Source: Octopus vulgaris
Lineage: Eukaryota
Assembly (NCBI GenBank): GCA_951406725.2
Contig: OX597828.1
Location: forward strand, 42,098,001-42,162,000
Reading direction: 5' to 3'
Length of the DNA: 64,000 nucleotides
Shown piece after piece: positions 1 to 14,423 of the stretch; positions within the stretch are counted from its first letter, which is position 1; each line of letters opens with the position of its first letter. The notes below the pieces were generated by a model, which worked only from the letters and a program-made list of their open reading frames with translations, made no database searches and had not been told where the DNA came from. The translations under genes were made by a program, and so were the position numbers.

Positions 1-146
1 CTTTGACCCCTACAGTCACATTCACACACTCACACGTACACTCACGTACACACACACACGCACGCACCTACGCATGCACACGCATATACATACATAAATT
101 CATACATATATATATGTATATATGTATATATATATATGCATGTATG

Positions 147-177
<31 letters not shown>

Positions 178-211
178 ATATACACATACATACATACATA
201 CATATATATAT

Positions 212-277
<66 letters not shown>

Positions 278-361
278 GTGTATATATATATATATATATA
301 TAGATATATACATACATGCATATGTGTTTATATATATATTTATACATACATAATACATACA

Positions 362-397
<36 letters not shown>

Positions 398-546
398 TAC
401 ACACACACACATTCATATATATACGGGAATGACTGTGCGCGCATGTGTATGTATATATGTGTGTATATACGAACGGCCTTCATTCGTTCTCTCCTCCCAC
501 CTATCTCTGCTCTAGTCACCACATTTCATGCCACCTCTACACTAAC

Positions 547-618
<72 letters not shown>

Positions 619-1047
619 ATATAAGAAATTTACTTTTAACTCAATCGTCGTCGGCATCGTCGGCATCGTCAGTATCCTCATCACCACCATCATCATCCTC
701 CGCCTTATCCTCATCCCCATCAACTTCTTCTTCTTCTTCTTGTCTTCTCCATCCTTCTTTTCTCTCCCTCCTCCTCTCCCCCTTTTATATATTAGTATTC
801 GTTAAAAGCAATATTTGTTTATTTATATATTAGTATTCGTTAAAAAGTGTTTCTACAACTCATAACAATGATTTCAAATTTAGGTGCATGGCCAGCAATT
901 TTTGAATCCAGATGAGATCAATCGATTACTTCGATCCGAGTACTTGACTGGCTCTGAAACTTATTCGTCTCGGAAGAGATGTAAAGCAAAAAAGATCTCG
1001 ACAGGATTTGAACTCAGAGCGTCATACTCCGGAAGAAATAGTCCAGA

Positions 1048-1548
1048 ATCATCATCATTTAACGTCCGCTTTCCATGCTAGCATCGGTTGGACGATTTGA
1101 CTGAGGACTGGCGAACCAGATGGCTGCACCAGACTCCAATCTGATCTGGCAGAGTTTCTACAGCTAGATGCCCTTCCTAACGCCAACCACTCCTAGAGTG
1201 TAGTGGGTGCTTTTACGTACCAACGGCACGAGGGCCAGTCAGGCGGTACTGGCAACGGCCAGGCTCAAATGGTGCTTTTTATGTGCCACCTGCACAGGAA
1301 CCAGTCCAGCGGTATTGGCAACGACGTCGCTCGAATGTTTTTTTACGTGCCCCTAGCACAAGTGCTAGTAAGGCGACGCAGGTAACGATCACGTTCGAAT
1401 GGTGCTTTTCACGTGTCACCGGCACGGAGGGCAGCTTGTTGCTCTGGCAACGATCACGCTCGTATGGTAATCTTAGCGCTCCACTAGCAACGGATGCCAG
1501 TCATCGAATTTGATTTCGATTTCGATTTCACATGCCTCAACAGATCTT
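1048..1548 (-). mobile_element. RTE-type SINE/non-autonomous retroelement with internal ~60 bp tandem repeats and (ATG)n tail
   Basis: Minus strand ends ...GGCGTTAGGAAGGGCATC...GGACGTTAAATGATGATGAT, a short-repeat tail typical of RTE-mobilised elements. About four degenerate copies of GTGCCGGTGGCACGTAAAAAGCACCATTCGAGC lie inside. Confidence 0.6.
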
Positions 1549-1664
1549 CAGAATAATATTCCGAAACCCCAAACACCTTTTCTTATCACAAGGACGTACA
1601 ACGGCGAATTATCAATTGTTTTCTGTCTGTTTTCCTTCCGTTCCGAGGAATTTTTTTTAGCATT

Positions 1665-1915
1665 CGTTGGCATAGCTGTGTAGAAAAAAATTTCTTTCCC
1701 AACCACGTGGTTCCGGGTCCAGTTCCACTGCATACAACATTGGGCATGTGTCTTCTACAATATTCTCAGATCAACCAAAGCATTGTGAATAGATTTGGTA
1801 AACAGAAACTGAAAGAAGCCTGCTGTCAATATAGATATGTGTACATGTGTGTTCATGTGCGCGCCGCTTTGTGTCCGTCCTCCACCACCATTTGGCAACT
1901 GGTGGTTGTCTGCTT
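1665..1915 (+). mobile_element. degenerate tRNA-derived SINE, family B
   Basis: Matches the copy at 17754-18170 (ACCACGTGGTTCCGGGT...GAAACTGAAAGAAGCC). Confidence 0.65.
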
Positions 1916-2231
1916 AACTAACTTTAATATTTGTTTAATTTAGTGAGTTGACCTTAAGTAACCATCCTTTCTTTGGAAAATTCAGTAATCCGGAAACGCT
2001 TTGCGACTAAAAGTTCCGTATCGATGTAGTATATATATACATTTTGTCAGTGAACAGGTCGCGGTCTCAAAGCGACGAAAATATTTTGACAAATTAAATT
2101 GAAATGTTGAAGTGAATCTAACGGATTTTGTGTGTTTCTTAAATGGCTTATAAACACCTTCCACGCTGAAATTGTTTTCATTCCAGCACACGATCTCAAA
2201 TCAGGGCACTTGCTATGCAAGTACATCTCCG

Positions 2232-2290
<59 letters not shown>

Positions 2291-2298
2291 ATATTATG

Positions 2299-2376
<78 letters not shown>

Positions 2377-3175
2377 TGTATGTATGTATGTATGTATGTA
2401 TGTACGTATGTATGTGTGTATGTATGTATACACACCCACGCACGCACACACACACAGACACACGCACACACATGAAATTGTGCTTTTTAACGGTGAAATA
2501 GAAAGAAGGCAAAGCTATGATTTACGGCGTGTAGAGTATTGGATTAAAAATGATCTTTCGATGGAATCTGAATTTTCTGCAAAATTCGAATTTTCTGCGT
2601 CCATTATAGAAGCTTTTTAATGACAAATACAGACACACAAACACATGGACCCACATATACACGAATACATGCACACACACACACACATAAACACACACAC
2701 ATAAACACACACGCGCATACACACACATATACACACACGCATACACACACACATACATATATACACACATACACACACTCACAAACACACACAAAAACAC
2801 GCATACACATACATGCACACACACGAAGACACCCACATTTCTACATACATGCCCACGTCTTATGGGAAGAGGCCCTTTTAATACTTTGTGTTCCCTTCTT
2901 TCACTACAGGTGCTGAGTCAAAATTAACTGTCATTATCAGGTAACCAATTACAATAAAAGAAAATAAGAAAACAACAATAACAACAGCAGCATCAAAACA
3001 TTAAGATACGGAGGGGCTGGCCCCTTTTGTGTCCTTTCGTTCAGTTGGCTAGTTAACAATTGGTCCCCTTTCTTCTCTACAACATGTAAAGAGTTAATTT
3101 TTTTCCTTCACAAAGGTCGCAATTCGGGCAAAGGTGAAATAGAAGAGAATTTTCACAAATAAATTTGTTTTAGAT

Positions 3176-3235
<60 letters not shown>

Positions 3236-3245
3236 GTGTGCGTAT

Positions 3246-3602
3246 GGAGGTGCAGTGGTTAGGGCAGCGGACTCGCAGTCGTAGGATCGCGGTTTCGATT
3301 CCCGGACCGGACATGTGAGTGTTTATTGAGCGAAAACACTTAAAGCTCCATGGAGCGGTGGCGAACCCTGCTGTACTCTTTCACCACAACTTTCTCTCAC
3401 TCTTTCTCCCTGTTTCTGTGGTACCTGTATTTCAAAGGGCCAACCATGTCACACTCTGCGTCACGCTGAATCTCCCGGAGAACTACGTTAAGGGTACACG
3501 TGTCTGTGGAGTGCTCAGCCATTTGCACGTTAATTTCACGAGCAGGCTGTTCCGTTGGTCGGATCAATTGGAACCCTCGTCGTCGTAACCGACGGAGTGC
3601 CA
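3246..3602 (+). mobile_element. tRNA-derived SINE, family C
   Basis: tRNA-like head with B box GGTTTCGATTCC. Tail ...CGTCGTAACCGACGGAGTGC is shared with copies at 20017, 43446 and 56246. Confidence 0.85.
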
Positions 3603-3608
3603 TGTATG

Positions 3609-3641
<33 letters not shown>

Positions 3642-3646
<5 letters not shown>

Positions 3647-3957
3647 TAGTACTTATTTTATCAATGTACATTTAAACACATAAGAGGCATCCATCATAGG
3701 ACTCCTTGCACGCTAGAGAGAACAGGTAAATTCCAAACCACTATTGGGGATAAAATTTCGAAGGGTATGACAAATAAAAACATTTACCATCTATTTTTCA
3801 TTCCCTTTGGAATTTAACTATTCTCTCTCGCGTGCAAGGAGTCCTCTAATGGAAGCCACTTATGTGTTTAAATGTACACTGTATTTATATGAATAATATA
3901 TAGTCTAGGCCACTGGTAATGGAAATTTCAAATATTTCTGGTTACCATTTGATATTA

Positions 3958-3960
<3 letters not shown>
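3642..3960. repeat. fold-back (inverted repeat) element between (TA)n tracts, hairpin family copy 1
   Basis: Arms about 3642-3737 and 3806-3907 are reverse complements; CTAGGCCACTGG sits at the end of the right arm. Confidence 0.75.
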
Positions 3961-4021
<61 letters not shown>

Positions 4022-4035
4022 CATACATACATACA

Positions 4036-4101
<66 letters not shown>

Positions 4102-4104
<3 letters not shown>

Positions 4105-4405
4105 AGGCGCAAGGGCCCGTTGGTTAGGGCAGCGGACTCGCGGTCGTAGGATCGTGGTTTCGATTCCCAAACCGGGCGTTGGGAGTGTTTATTGAGCGGA
4201 AACACTTAAAGCTCCACGTGGATCCGGCAGGGGATGGTGGCGATCCCTGTTGTACTCTTTCGCCACAACTTTCTCTCACTCTTTCTTCTGTTGGCCTGCT
4301 CGCTTAGCCAGCGGGATGGCGTCATTTGAAGGTTTAAAAAAATGCGAAGTGCATTGTGACCAGCGATGTGTAGCAACATCTGATAGCCTGGTCGGTTACG
4401 GTGAT
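4102..4405 (+). mobile_element. SINE with family C head and alternative tail
   Basis: GGAGGCGCAAGGGCCCGTTGGTTAGGGCAGCGGACTCG head; tail GTGACCAGCGATGTGTAGCAACATCTGATAGCCTGGTCGG, also seen at 12582-12880. Confidence 0.85.
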
Positions 4406-4424
4406 AAATATATATATATATATA

Positions 4425-4675
4425 CATATCACTTGATCGACCAGGCTATCCAGATGTTGTTACAAAATCTCTGGTCACAATGCGCTTTAGCGTTGTTTCA
4501 GCTTTCAAATGAGGCCACCATGCTGGCTAGACGGACAGGCCAACGATCCCTCCTGATCGAAAGGGGAACTGGAACAATGAGAAGTATAATGTTTTGCTGA
4601 AGAACACAATGCATCACCCAGTCAAGGAATCGAACCTACGATCTGACGACCGTGAATGCAACAGCTTAACCTCTA
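4425..4675 (-). mobile_element. degenerate SINE sharing the alternative tail of 4102-4405
   Basis: CGACCAGGCTATCCAGATGTTGTTACA...CTGGTCACAATGC is the reverse complement of the neighbouring tail; a CORE-like GTGTTCTTCAGCAAAACA and a tRNA head are on the minus strand. Confidence 0.65.
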
Positions 4676-4874
4676 GCTTAGTGTGTGTGTATGTGTGTGT
4701 GTGTGTGTGTAGGTGGGTGGGTGTGAGTGTGTATGTGCGTGTGTGTATGTATATGTGCATGTGTATATGTGTGTGTGTATGTGTGTGTGTGTGCGTGTGT
4801 GTATGTATATGTGCATGTGTATATGTATATGTGTGTATATGTGTGTGTGTGTGTATGTGTGTGTGTGCGTGTGC

Positions 4875-4915
<41 letters not shown>

Positions 4916-5254
4916 CATATCAGAGGAATAACGAAACCAGCAGGAGCTTTGACCAGAAAGACATTAAAATACGGTCACGAAAAATAAACCTTTATGAGGA
5001 AATTATGACAGCAAAATAAAACCTGATCAAACGAAGGTAAAAAAAAATAATAATAATACTCCCTAAAAAAAAAAAACCCTTCGAACTTTTCGGAAGTCTA
5101 TTATGACGTTGTAGTCCCACGTTAACTCCTTTATCACTGGAAACCTTCTTTTCGACAATATACTATCTGACGATTGCTCCCCGGTAAAAACTTGAAGTAC
5201 CGGAAAATATTATTAGTTTTTATTTTTTTTTTTTGCGAGTCCATATATATGCAT

Positions 5255-5470
5255 ATCTTGTTGTTGTTGTTGTTGTTGATGTTGTCGTTGTTGTTTTAGT
5301 TGTTGTTGTTGTTGTTCTTCTTCTTCTTCTTCTTCTTCTCCTTCTTCTTCTTCTTCTCCTTCTCCTTCTTCTTCTTCTTCTTCTTCTTCTTCTTCTTCTT
5401 CTTCTTCTTCTTCTTCTTCTTCTTCTTCTTCTTCTTCTTCTTCTTCTTCTTCTTCTCCTCCTCCTCCTTT
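5255..5470. repeat. (TTG)n/(TTC)n microsatellite
   Basis: Directly visible. Confidence 0.95.
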
Positions 5471-5737
5471 CTCTCCCACCCTCTCTCTGTCTATCTGCTT
5501 GTACCCCCAGCACAGCTTGGCGACCGGTGTTGGTATGTTTAGGTCCTCCGTAACTTAGCGGGTCAGCCAAAGATACTGATAGAATAAGAACTAGGTTAAA
5601 AAAAGAAACGTTTTGGGATCTATTCGTTCGACTAAAATTCTTCAAGGCGGAGCTCCAGCATGGCCAAAGACAAGACTAAAACAAGTACATGAATAAAAGA
5701 TAAAAAGATCCAACTATCTCTCACCATAGACACACAC

Positions 5738-5774
<37 letters not shown>

Positions 5775-5924
5775 ACACACACACATACACACAAAAACAC
5801 GCGCATACACACTTTTGTGCGTGTGTATATGTGTGCATATATATATATGTATAAAGATAGATCGCTACAGACATCCATATATATAGATGTACACACATAT
5901 ATGTGTGTTTATACATATATATGT

Positions 5925-5982
<58 letters not shown>

Positions 5983-5994
5983 ATATATATATAA

Positions 5995-6200
5995 AGTTAT
6001 TCCAAACATGAAAGCACAAAAAACACAACAACACGAGTACGTGGAACAAATATAGTATCATTGGATGCTCAGGAAAGAAGGAAAGAAGGGGGGTTTAACG
6101 TTTCGAGCGGAGCTCTTCGTCGGAAACATAGGAGAAGGAAAGATCCAGAGAAGGGAAGACAGGGGAAAAAGAATCGCCAACGGTACACACGCGGTCACAT
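5995..6200 (-). mobile_element. short Penelope-like element carrying a minimal hammerhead-like motif (6093-6127)
   Basis: Minus strand GTTT-CCGACGA-A-GAGC-tcc-GCTC-GAAA-CG-TT-AAAC; close paralogue at 37048-37258. Confidence 0.6.
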
Positions 6201-6277
6201 TTTGAGATAGATAGATAGATAAATAGATAGATAGATAGACACACACACACAAACACACGCACATATGTTTATAAAAT

Positions 6278-6590
6278 ACCCCCTTCGGTCATAACTGACC
6301 ATGGGATTGCACCTAGAAATTTCCCTTCTGTGGCACAAGTCCAGGCTAATTTGTTTCTGAAGGACTAGCAGTCGCTCATGCATATCAGCTTCTCTCCACG
6401 TCACCGATGTTATCCAAGAGAAATGGCAAAGACTTGGCACCAGTGATGTTGCAACTCATTTCTACAGCTAAGTGATTTGGAAGAACGTGAAATAAAGTGT
6501 TTTGCTCAAAAGCACAATACACAATCCGGTCCGGAAATCGAACTCACTATCTCATGATTGTAAACCCGTCGCTCTAACCACTGTGCCATA
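6278..6590 (-). mobile_element. CORE-type tRNA SINE
   Basis: Minus strand has a tRNA head followed by a CORE-like TTTTGAGCAAAACACTTTATTTCACGTT segment. Confidence 0.65.
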
Positions 6591-7502
6591 TATACGTGCA
6601 TAACCAAACGCATATATAATTCGCTCTCCTTTCTCCCCAAGTGTCACTCCTTCCCACACTCTCCTCACCGCCTCCCTAATATTCAATACTGTCTGCATTC
6701 TTCGCTCCCACCCCACCATATCACCCCCTTTCCCATCCACCCAATCCCACAACAGTCAAAACTTGTGTTACACTCATCCCTGTCAAACGCTACCCGGAAA
6801 CTTAGCACATGAAATGTGTCATAGGGTAGATTTACAGGTAGCCCCCACTGTGAGTTAACCCTCACACCTTACGCTACCCTGTCTACCCCAGGTAAAGCAT
6901 CACATAAACTTAACTCTAGTAATACCCTCATCGACACTCCCTCCATACCCAACCACTGCAACACTCCAACTAACACGCACAATCTCCACATTTTAAGCAC
7001 ATAACATCCACCCTAATACCCAAGATTTTCTGCGAAGTTTAATATCAGCAGTACCCTGGTTTACGCGTAACATCCACCCCCACTGACAGCCTAGACTTAC
7101 CCGCCCACGCCGCCTCACTGCGCTCTGACAGCGCAGACCCTACCCTGATAACACTGCTACTTCTGAGAAGACAGTTTCTACCCAGGTAAAACAAGCACCC
7201 CCAATACCCGAACCACTTGAAACGTGTGCCTGAATAAATTTTAGTGAAGGAATTTATTTCAGTTTCGATAAAGCTGGTGGCAGGGGTTGCTTGTTTTTTT
7301 TTTTGTTGTTGTTGTTTATAGTGATGTCTGTGTTTTTGCAGTTGTTGTTGTTGCTGGTGGTGGTGGTGGTGGTTCGGTGTTGTTGGTGGAAATTGCGATA
7401 GCAACAGTAGTGGTGTTTGTTGATAGTATAGTTGTTGTTATTGTCATTGTTGGAAGTATTGAGAATATTACTATTATTACTAATAGGGATGGCAAAGGTT
7501 CT

Positions 7503-7822
7503 GGCGGCGAGCTGGCAGAATCGTTAGCACGCTTGGTGAAATGCTTAGGTATTTCATCTGCCGCTACTTTCTGAATTCAAATTCCGCCGAGGTCGACTTT
7601 GCCTTTCATCGATTAAATAAGTACCAGTACGCACTGGGGTCGATATAATCGACTTAATCTATTTGTCTGTCCTTGTTTGTCCCCTCTGCGTATAGCCACT
7701 TGTAGGCAGAAAAGAAATAAGAAGCGTTAGCTCGTCGGGCGAAATTCTTAGCGGCATTTCGTCTGCCGCTACGTTCTGAGTTCAAATTCCGCTGAGGTTG
7801 ACTTTGGTTTTCTTCCTTTCGT
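7503..7822 (+). mobile_element. SINE family A (Nin-domain-like), monomer plus partial second unit
   Basis: GGCGGCGAGCTGGCAGAATCGTTAGCACG head, AAATTCCGCCGAGGTCGACTTTGCCTTTCATC, tail AAAGAAATAAGAA re-entering the head. Confidence 0.8.
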
Positions 7823-7862
7823 ACGAGTAAAAGTAGTTGTAGTAGTAGTAGTTGCAGCAGGT

Positions 7863-7909
<47 letters not shown>

Positions 7910-8566
7910 TGTTGTTGTTGTAGCTGTAGAAGAAGTGCAGCATTCAACTTTCTGGACACTAATAGTCCAGAACCTCTTATAACAAAGGAGTAAAGTTCTT
8001 TTTAGAGTGATATAGACTCAGGGCTGGTTTCCCTATTTCTATGGCGAATATATTCTCCACCTGGACGTAATCTAAGAAGAAGATTAAAAAAGATTAATCA
8101 CAGGATTGGTCCTTTTTGCCAGCTGATTAATTTCCACCGTGGTCGACTTTGCTTTTCATACTTTCGGGGTCGATAAATTAAGTACAAGTTGCGTACTGGG
8201 CTCGACTAAATCGACTAGCCCCCTCCTCCAAAATTTCGAACCTTGTACCTGGAGTAGAAACGAATATTTAATTAATTTAAAATGTGTTAACGAAAGGGAC
8301 TACGATTGGTTCGAAAAACAATTAATTCGGAACCGAAGGTTCCGGAAAAATCTTTGTTGTACCTGTAGTAGTAGTAGTATTAGTAGCAGCAGCAGCAGTT
8401 ACTAGTGTTGTTACTACTGTCATACATACACACCCCTCCGATCCACCCCCACCCCCACCTTGTCCAACGCAAGTGACACTTGCCACAAAACACCGCTGAT
8501 TGCTCTCTCATAATTTTTACACATGTTCAGTCACGTATCAGCTCTAAAATATATTATTACTACTAA

Positions 8567-8612
<46 letters not shown>

Positions 8613-9323
8613 GGTGGTGGTGGTGGTAGTAGTAGTGGTAGTGGTGGTGGTTATGGTACAATTACTGTCGCCCCTGCGGTTGCTTCTGAGACTGTCCTTT
8701 CAAAGAGACCACCATTGCAACCATTACTACTCTCATCACCGGCACCACGACCACGACCACCACGTCCATGACCACCACCGCAACTGCAACTATCACGACC
8801 GGTGCCAGCAGCTTCACCTGTAATAATACTATCAACAATACCATTAACATGAACAACGCAAACAATTAACAATATGGCAGCTATAGACAGACCTACAGCC
8901 ATCAATACCGTGTCCGTGTCGCTAACATTAACAGCATTAGAACCACCACCACCTATTGTAGGTAAGGTGCCACGCAGTGAGACTGAACCCAGAACTATGT
9001 GGTTGGGAAATAAGTTTCTTACCACACAGCCACTAAAATTCCAGTCATGTAGTGAAGTCGGTGGTATCGCCGAACACCCTTTCTATCAAAATTACTCTCC
9101 ATGTGACTGTATCAGAAATAAATATTGATTAACAGGATTGGGTTAATATGGCCTGAAATGCTCGTAGGATCTGGTCACGTTTCTTCCGAATTTGGAATTA
9201 ACTCTCGCTCAGCTCGCCACGGGTGTCAGACGAATATTAAGATACTGCTGGCTATTTTGATTGACTGTAACTATTTCCTCCCTCAAAATCACACATACGA
9301 ATGCAGATTCATGTACTCAACCG

Positions 9324-9408
<85 letters not shown>

Positions 9409-9428
9409 GTCTGTCTATCTATCTATCC
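9324..9428. repeat. (ATCT)n microsatellite
   Basis: Directly visible. Confidence 0.95.
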
Positions 9429-9593
9429 GTCTGTGAGTGTACATGTGAGAGAGAGAGAGAAGAGCGAGGCGATGTAAAGAACTTGCTGTGCGCGTAAAAT
9501 GAGTCGAGAGCCGTCAAGTAAATTTCTATACTATGGTGTGTCGTGTGTCATCAGGCGTAATTTCACCTAATGTTGACATCTATTGTTAAGAGG

Positions 9594-9727
<134 letters not shown>

Positions 9728-9733
9728 ATATAT

Positions 9734-9800
<67 letters not shown>

Positions 9801-10779
9801 CACATATATATATACATACAAACACACACACATATATATATATATAAGCAAAAATGCTAGATCTAAATTCTAAGAGATCAACGCAGTAGTTGTAGTGACA
9901 AGTAATATTCGAAGCCACTTTACCATGGCTGTCCGTTCGAGCGGACTCTACTGCGATTTTTACCCACCAAGAGGACATCTCCTCTAGCTGGATAACGATG
10001 CACAGTTGCATTCTCTCAACGGAATCCACTCTCAAGGCTTTGGTCTCGGCCCAGATAAAAGACACCGAAAGTGCCATGCACAATCGAAGTCAACCCGGAG
10101 TCATGTAGCTTCGTTCAAATTCCGTCGAGATCGACTTTGTTCTTCATCCTTCTGTGGTCGATAAAATAAATACCAGCCTAATACTGAGGTCAATGTAATC
10201 GTTTTACACCTTACCCTCCTTTCAGGCTTTGTACTAATAGTAGGAGTACACGTTGGATTAAGTCAAGGAGCTAACGGAATCATGAGGGCGTCGGACTAAA
10301 TCCCTGATGGTATTTTTTGTGGTTATTTACGTTCTAGGATCAAATTTCGCACAGGTCAACTTTACTTTTCATTGTTCTGTGGTCGATGAAATAAATTACC
10401 CGTGAAATACTAGGGTCAATGGTAATGGTCGAACCCTTTTGAAATTTGCTGACCTTGGGTCAAAATCAGAAATATTGCAGATCAGGTGGATTTGTATTCG
10501 CCAGGTGTTAAACAACAACAAAATCAAAGCCTTTCGTGATAGGTCAGGTGGATGAGTTTTAATATGGGGTCAGCGCGGGGTGGGGCTAAAAGACAACAGC
10601 AGCAATAACCAACAACATCATCACAACAATAATGAAACAAAAAGGCTTTGAGAGTAACATCTAGTGGATTAGATTTGACCGAGGGCTAAACAGCAACAAC
10701 ATGAGCCTAATGGAAAGTTTTTGTTAAGTTTGGTGGATCAACTTTGACTCGAATATGCGTGGGAAGGCTTAACAACACC

Positions 10780-10820
<41 letters not shown>

Positions 10821-10929
10821 CGGTGGCGACGACGACGACAACAACAACAACAACAACTACAACACAAGATGAAAATTAAGGTCGAAGAAGGTTGACATGC
10901 GATTAAACACCAACAACGACAAGAAACCA

Positions 10930-11450
<521 letters not shown>

Positions 11451-11733
11451 ATTGCTTCTGTAGCGGTTTCTATAGAGAGATCCATTAAGAGGCTGAACGT
11501 GAAATCCTTGTTGCCCGTTTATAAGCTATTACAGCCAGAGTAAAGCCAGAAATGGGTCGACCACATGCAGACTTTTACTGCGCCATAAACCTCTTCACAA
11601 CAATAGATGTCAACATTAGGGTGGCATTACGACTGATATAACACTCTGTAGGACAGACATTTACCTGACGGCTTTCACCTCGGTTTACACCGGCAGCGAG
11701 TCGTTTACTCTTCTCCCTCTGTCTTTCTGCCTC

Positions 11734-11770
<37 letters not shown>

Positions 11771-11867
11771 TTCTGTCTGTCTGTTTCTGTCTATCTCTCA
11801 CACGCTCTCTACTCTTCTCACTTTATGTGTGTGTGTGTGAGTGCATATATATATGTGTTTGTGTGTG

Positions 11868-11927
<60 letters not shown>

Positions 11928-11947
11928 TATATATGTGTTTGTGTGTG

Positions 11948-12006
<59 letters not shown>

Positions 12007-12262
12007 GCACACGTGTGTAGATATATATGTTTATATGCTTATGTGTATATATCTGTGTGTGTGCATTTATCTATATAGATTGTTATATCATATATATGTA
12101 TATATATGTATATATATATATGTATGTATGTATGTGTGCGCGCATATGGATGTACATATACACATATACAATGAAAATATATGTATTATATATATACACA
12201 TGGTGACAATATATATATATATATACATATGTACATATATGTATTATATATATACATACGAT

Positions 12263-12323
<61 letters not shown>

Positions 12324-12581
12324 GTGCATATGTATGTGTATGTGTATGTATGCGTGTGTGTATGAGTGCACGCACACGTTGTCAGGTGGTCGAAATTTTT
12401 TGCAGCTATTAGTAACATTATGTGACCTACTTGTTATCCATACACCCACACGTGCTCGCACATAGAAAGGCACCCAAACACACGCTTACACATCCCGTGT
12501 GTGTGTGTTTGTAGATAGATATAGATAGATAGATACAGCTATATAGATAGATACATATATATATATATACATATATATATA

Positions 12582-12877
12582 TTACCGTGATCACCGTGAC
12601 CGACCAGGCCATCAGATGTTGTTACATATCGCTGGTCACAATGCGTTCGCATTGTTTTAGCCTTCGAATGATGCCACCCCGATGGCTAAGCGAGCAGACC
12701 AACAGAAGAAAAAGTGGGAGAAAGAGTGGTGAAAGAGTACAGCAGGGATCACCCCCCCCTGCCGGAGCCTCGTGGAGCTTTTAGGTGTTTTCGCTCAATA
12801 AACACTCACAACGCCCGGTCTGGGAATCGAACCCGCGATCCTACGACCGCTGCCCTAACCACTAGGCCATTGCGCCT

Positions 12878-12880
<3 letters not shown>
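12582..12880 (-). mobile_element. SINE with family C head and alternative tail
   Basis: Reverse complement of the 4102-4405 type; ends ...GCCATTGCGCCTCCA. Confidence 0.85.
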
Positions 12881-12955
<75 letters not shown>

Positions 12956-13351
12956 ATATATATATCCAAATTGAGGGAGTGGGACAGGTAAACTCTGCCT
13001 ACATATGTTTTTTAGCTAGCAGTTCCTCTGATGTAATAATTACTCAACGGGGTGGTTGGGGGGTACTCAGTTAGCTACTCATCAGTACATTGTGTAGTCT
13101 TTATATAACCAAGGTTATCTTCGGCCTGGATTTTACCTCAGTTTGGATTTTTATTCGCGAGCTATATAAAAATATTCTCAGTTTATCGAACTTCGATTTG
13201 GAAAGCGCTTCTAGAAACTAGTAAGACTCTCCTGTAGAAATTACATATGTAAACAGGCGCAGGTGTGGCTGTGTGGTAAGTAGCTTGCTTACGAACCACA
13301 TGGTTCTGGGTTCAGTCCCACTGAACCACACATATATATGTATGTATGTAC

Positions 13352-13386
<35 letters not shown>

Positions 13387-13431
13387 TGTATGTATGTATG
13401 TATGTATGTATGTATGTATGTATGTATGTAT

Positions 13432-13806
13432 GTTAGTTAGTTAGTTAATTTGGCTCAAAAGCAAATAGCAAAGCCATGTAGGGGGACATGGAGTTAAGTA
13501 CAGGGTGGTGTTCATGTAAAGAGTTCAGGCCACTTGAGGTCAAGGGAGGCTTTGAACAAAGCGGTCGTCGGCATCTTCACCATCTCGTCTGGCAGCTTGT
13601 TCCATGGATCCGCAACCCGGACGGAGAAAGCTCCTCTCCTTCGATTGAGATGAAATCGTCGCAGGTAGAGCTTTTCGGAATGACCCCGCAGCCGACGCTC
13701 CGGAGCAGGAGTGAAGAACAGCTCTTTCGAGAGGTTACACTTTCCGCTTATGATGTTGTGGGCGAATGAGATCACCACGGCGGCGGCGTTTTTCTAGAGA
13801 ATAAAG
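13432..13806 (-). mobile_element. 5'-truncated CR1/L2-clade LINE 3' end with (TAAC)n tail
   Basis: ORF 13512-13778 (RLRGHSEKLYLRRFHLNRRRGAFSVRVADPWNKLP) is a CR1/L2 ORF2 C-terminus, nearly identical to the end of the 39889-40332 ORF. Confidence 0.85.
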
Positions 13807-13849
13807 GTGTATGTATGTATGCATGCATGCATGCATGTATGTATGTATG

Positions 13850-13906
<57 letters not shown>

Positions 13907-13916
13907 TTATAGAAGG

Positions 13917-13967
13917 AGCTCCTACAGGACTAGAACCGTTTCATTCAAAAGAAATCATCAGGAAGCT
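13917..13967 (-). ncRNA. type I hammerhead ribozyme motif (inverted copy)
   Basis: Minus strand AGCTTC-CTGATGA-tTTC tttt GAAt-GAAA-CGG ttctagtc CTG-TA-GGAGCT. Confidence 0.6.
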
Positions 13968-14290
13968 AGTAGACAAGAGTTATATGTGAATATATGTGAA
14001 TATGCGGGTGTGTATATGTGTATGTATATATATATGTAGATGTACAAGTGAGAGTCTCCCCACTTACCTAAAACTTTTCTATTTATATATTTTTTATTTT
14101 TTTATTTTTCTATTTTTTTATTTTATTTTTTTATTCTTTTATTTATTCTTTTATCTACTTTACCACCGATTCCTTTGACCACTCCCCTAATAATGACAGT
14201 TTTGCGCCATGCCTACCCCCAAAAAAGTCCCCCACCACCACCCATTAAACCTGCCTAAATGTATAAATGCCAAAACAACTCTTGTCTACT

Positions 14291-14341
14291 AGCTTCCTGA
14301 TGATTTCTTTTGAATGAAACAGTTCTAGTCCTGTAGAAGCT
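14291..14341 (+). ncRNA. type I hammerhead ribozyme motif
   Basis: Stem I AGCTTC/GAAGCT, core CTGATGA (14297-14303), short stem II TTC/GAA, GAAA (14316-14319), stem III ACAG/CTGT, GUA cleavage triplet ending at 14335. Confidence 0.7.
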
Positions 14342-14423
14342 CCTTCTATAAAATAAATTAATTTACTCTGCTATGTATTGAGTACCTTATTTACTGTGGT
14401 TAACCCCGACTCAACCCGGGACC

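Noticed and set aside
9505-9560. CTGATGA...GAAA on the minus strand
   Set aside because: Stems I and II do not pair, and the paralogous arm at 11.6 kb lacks the core.
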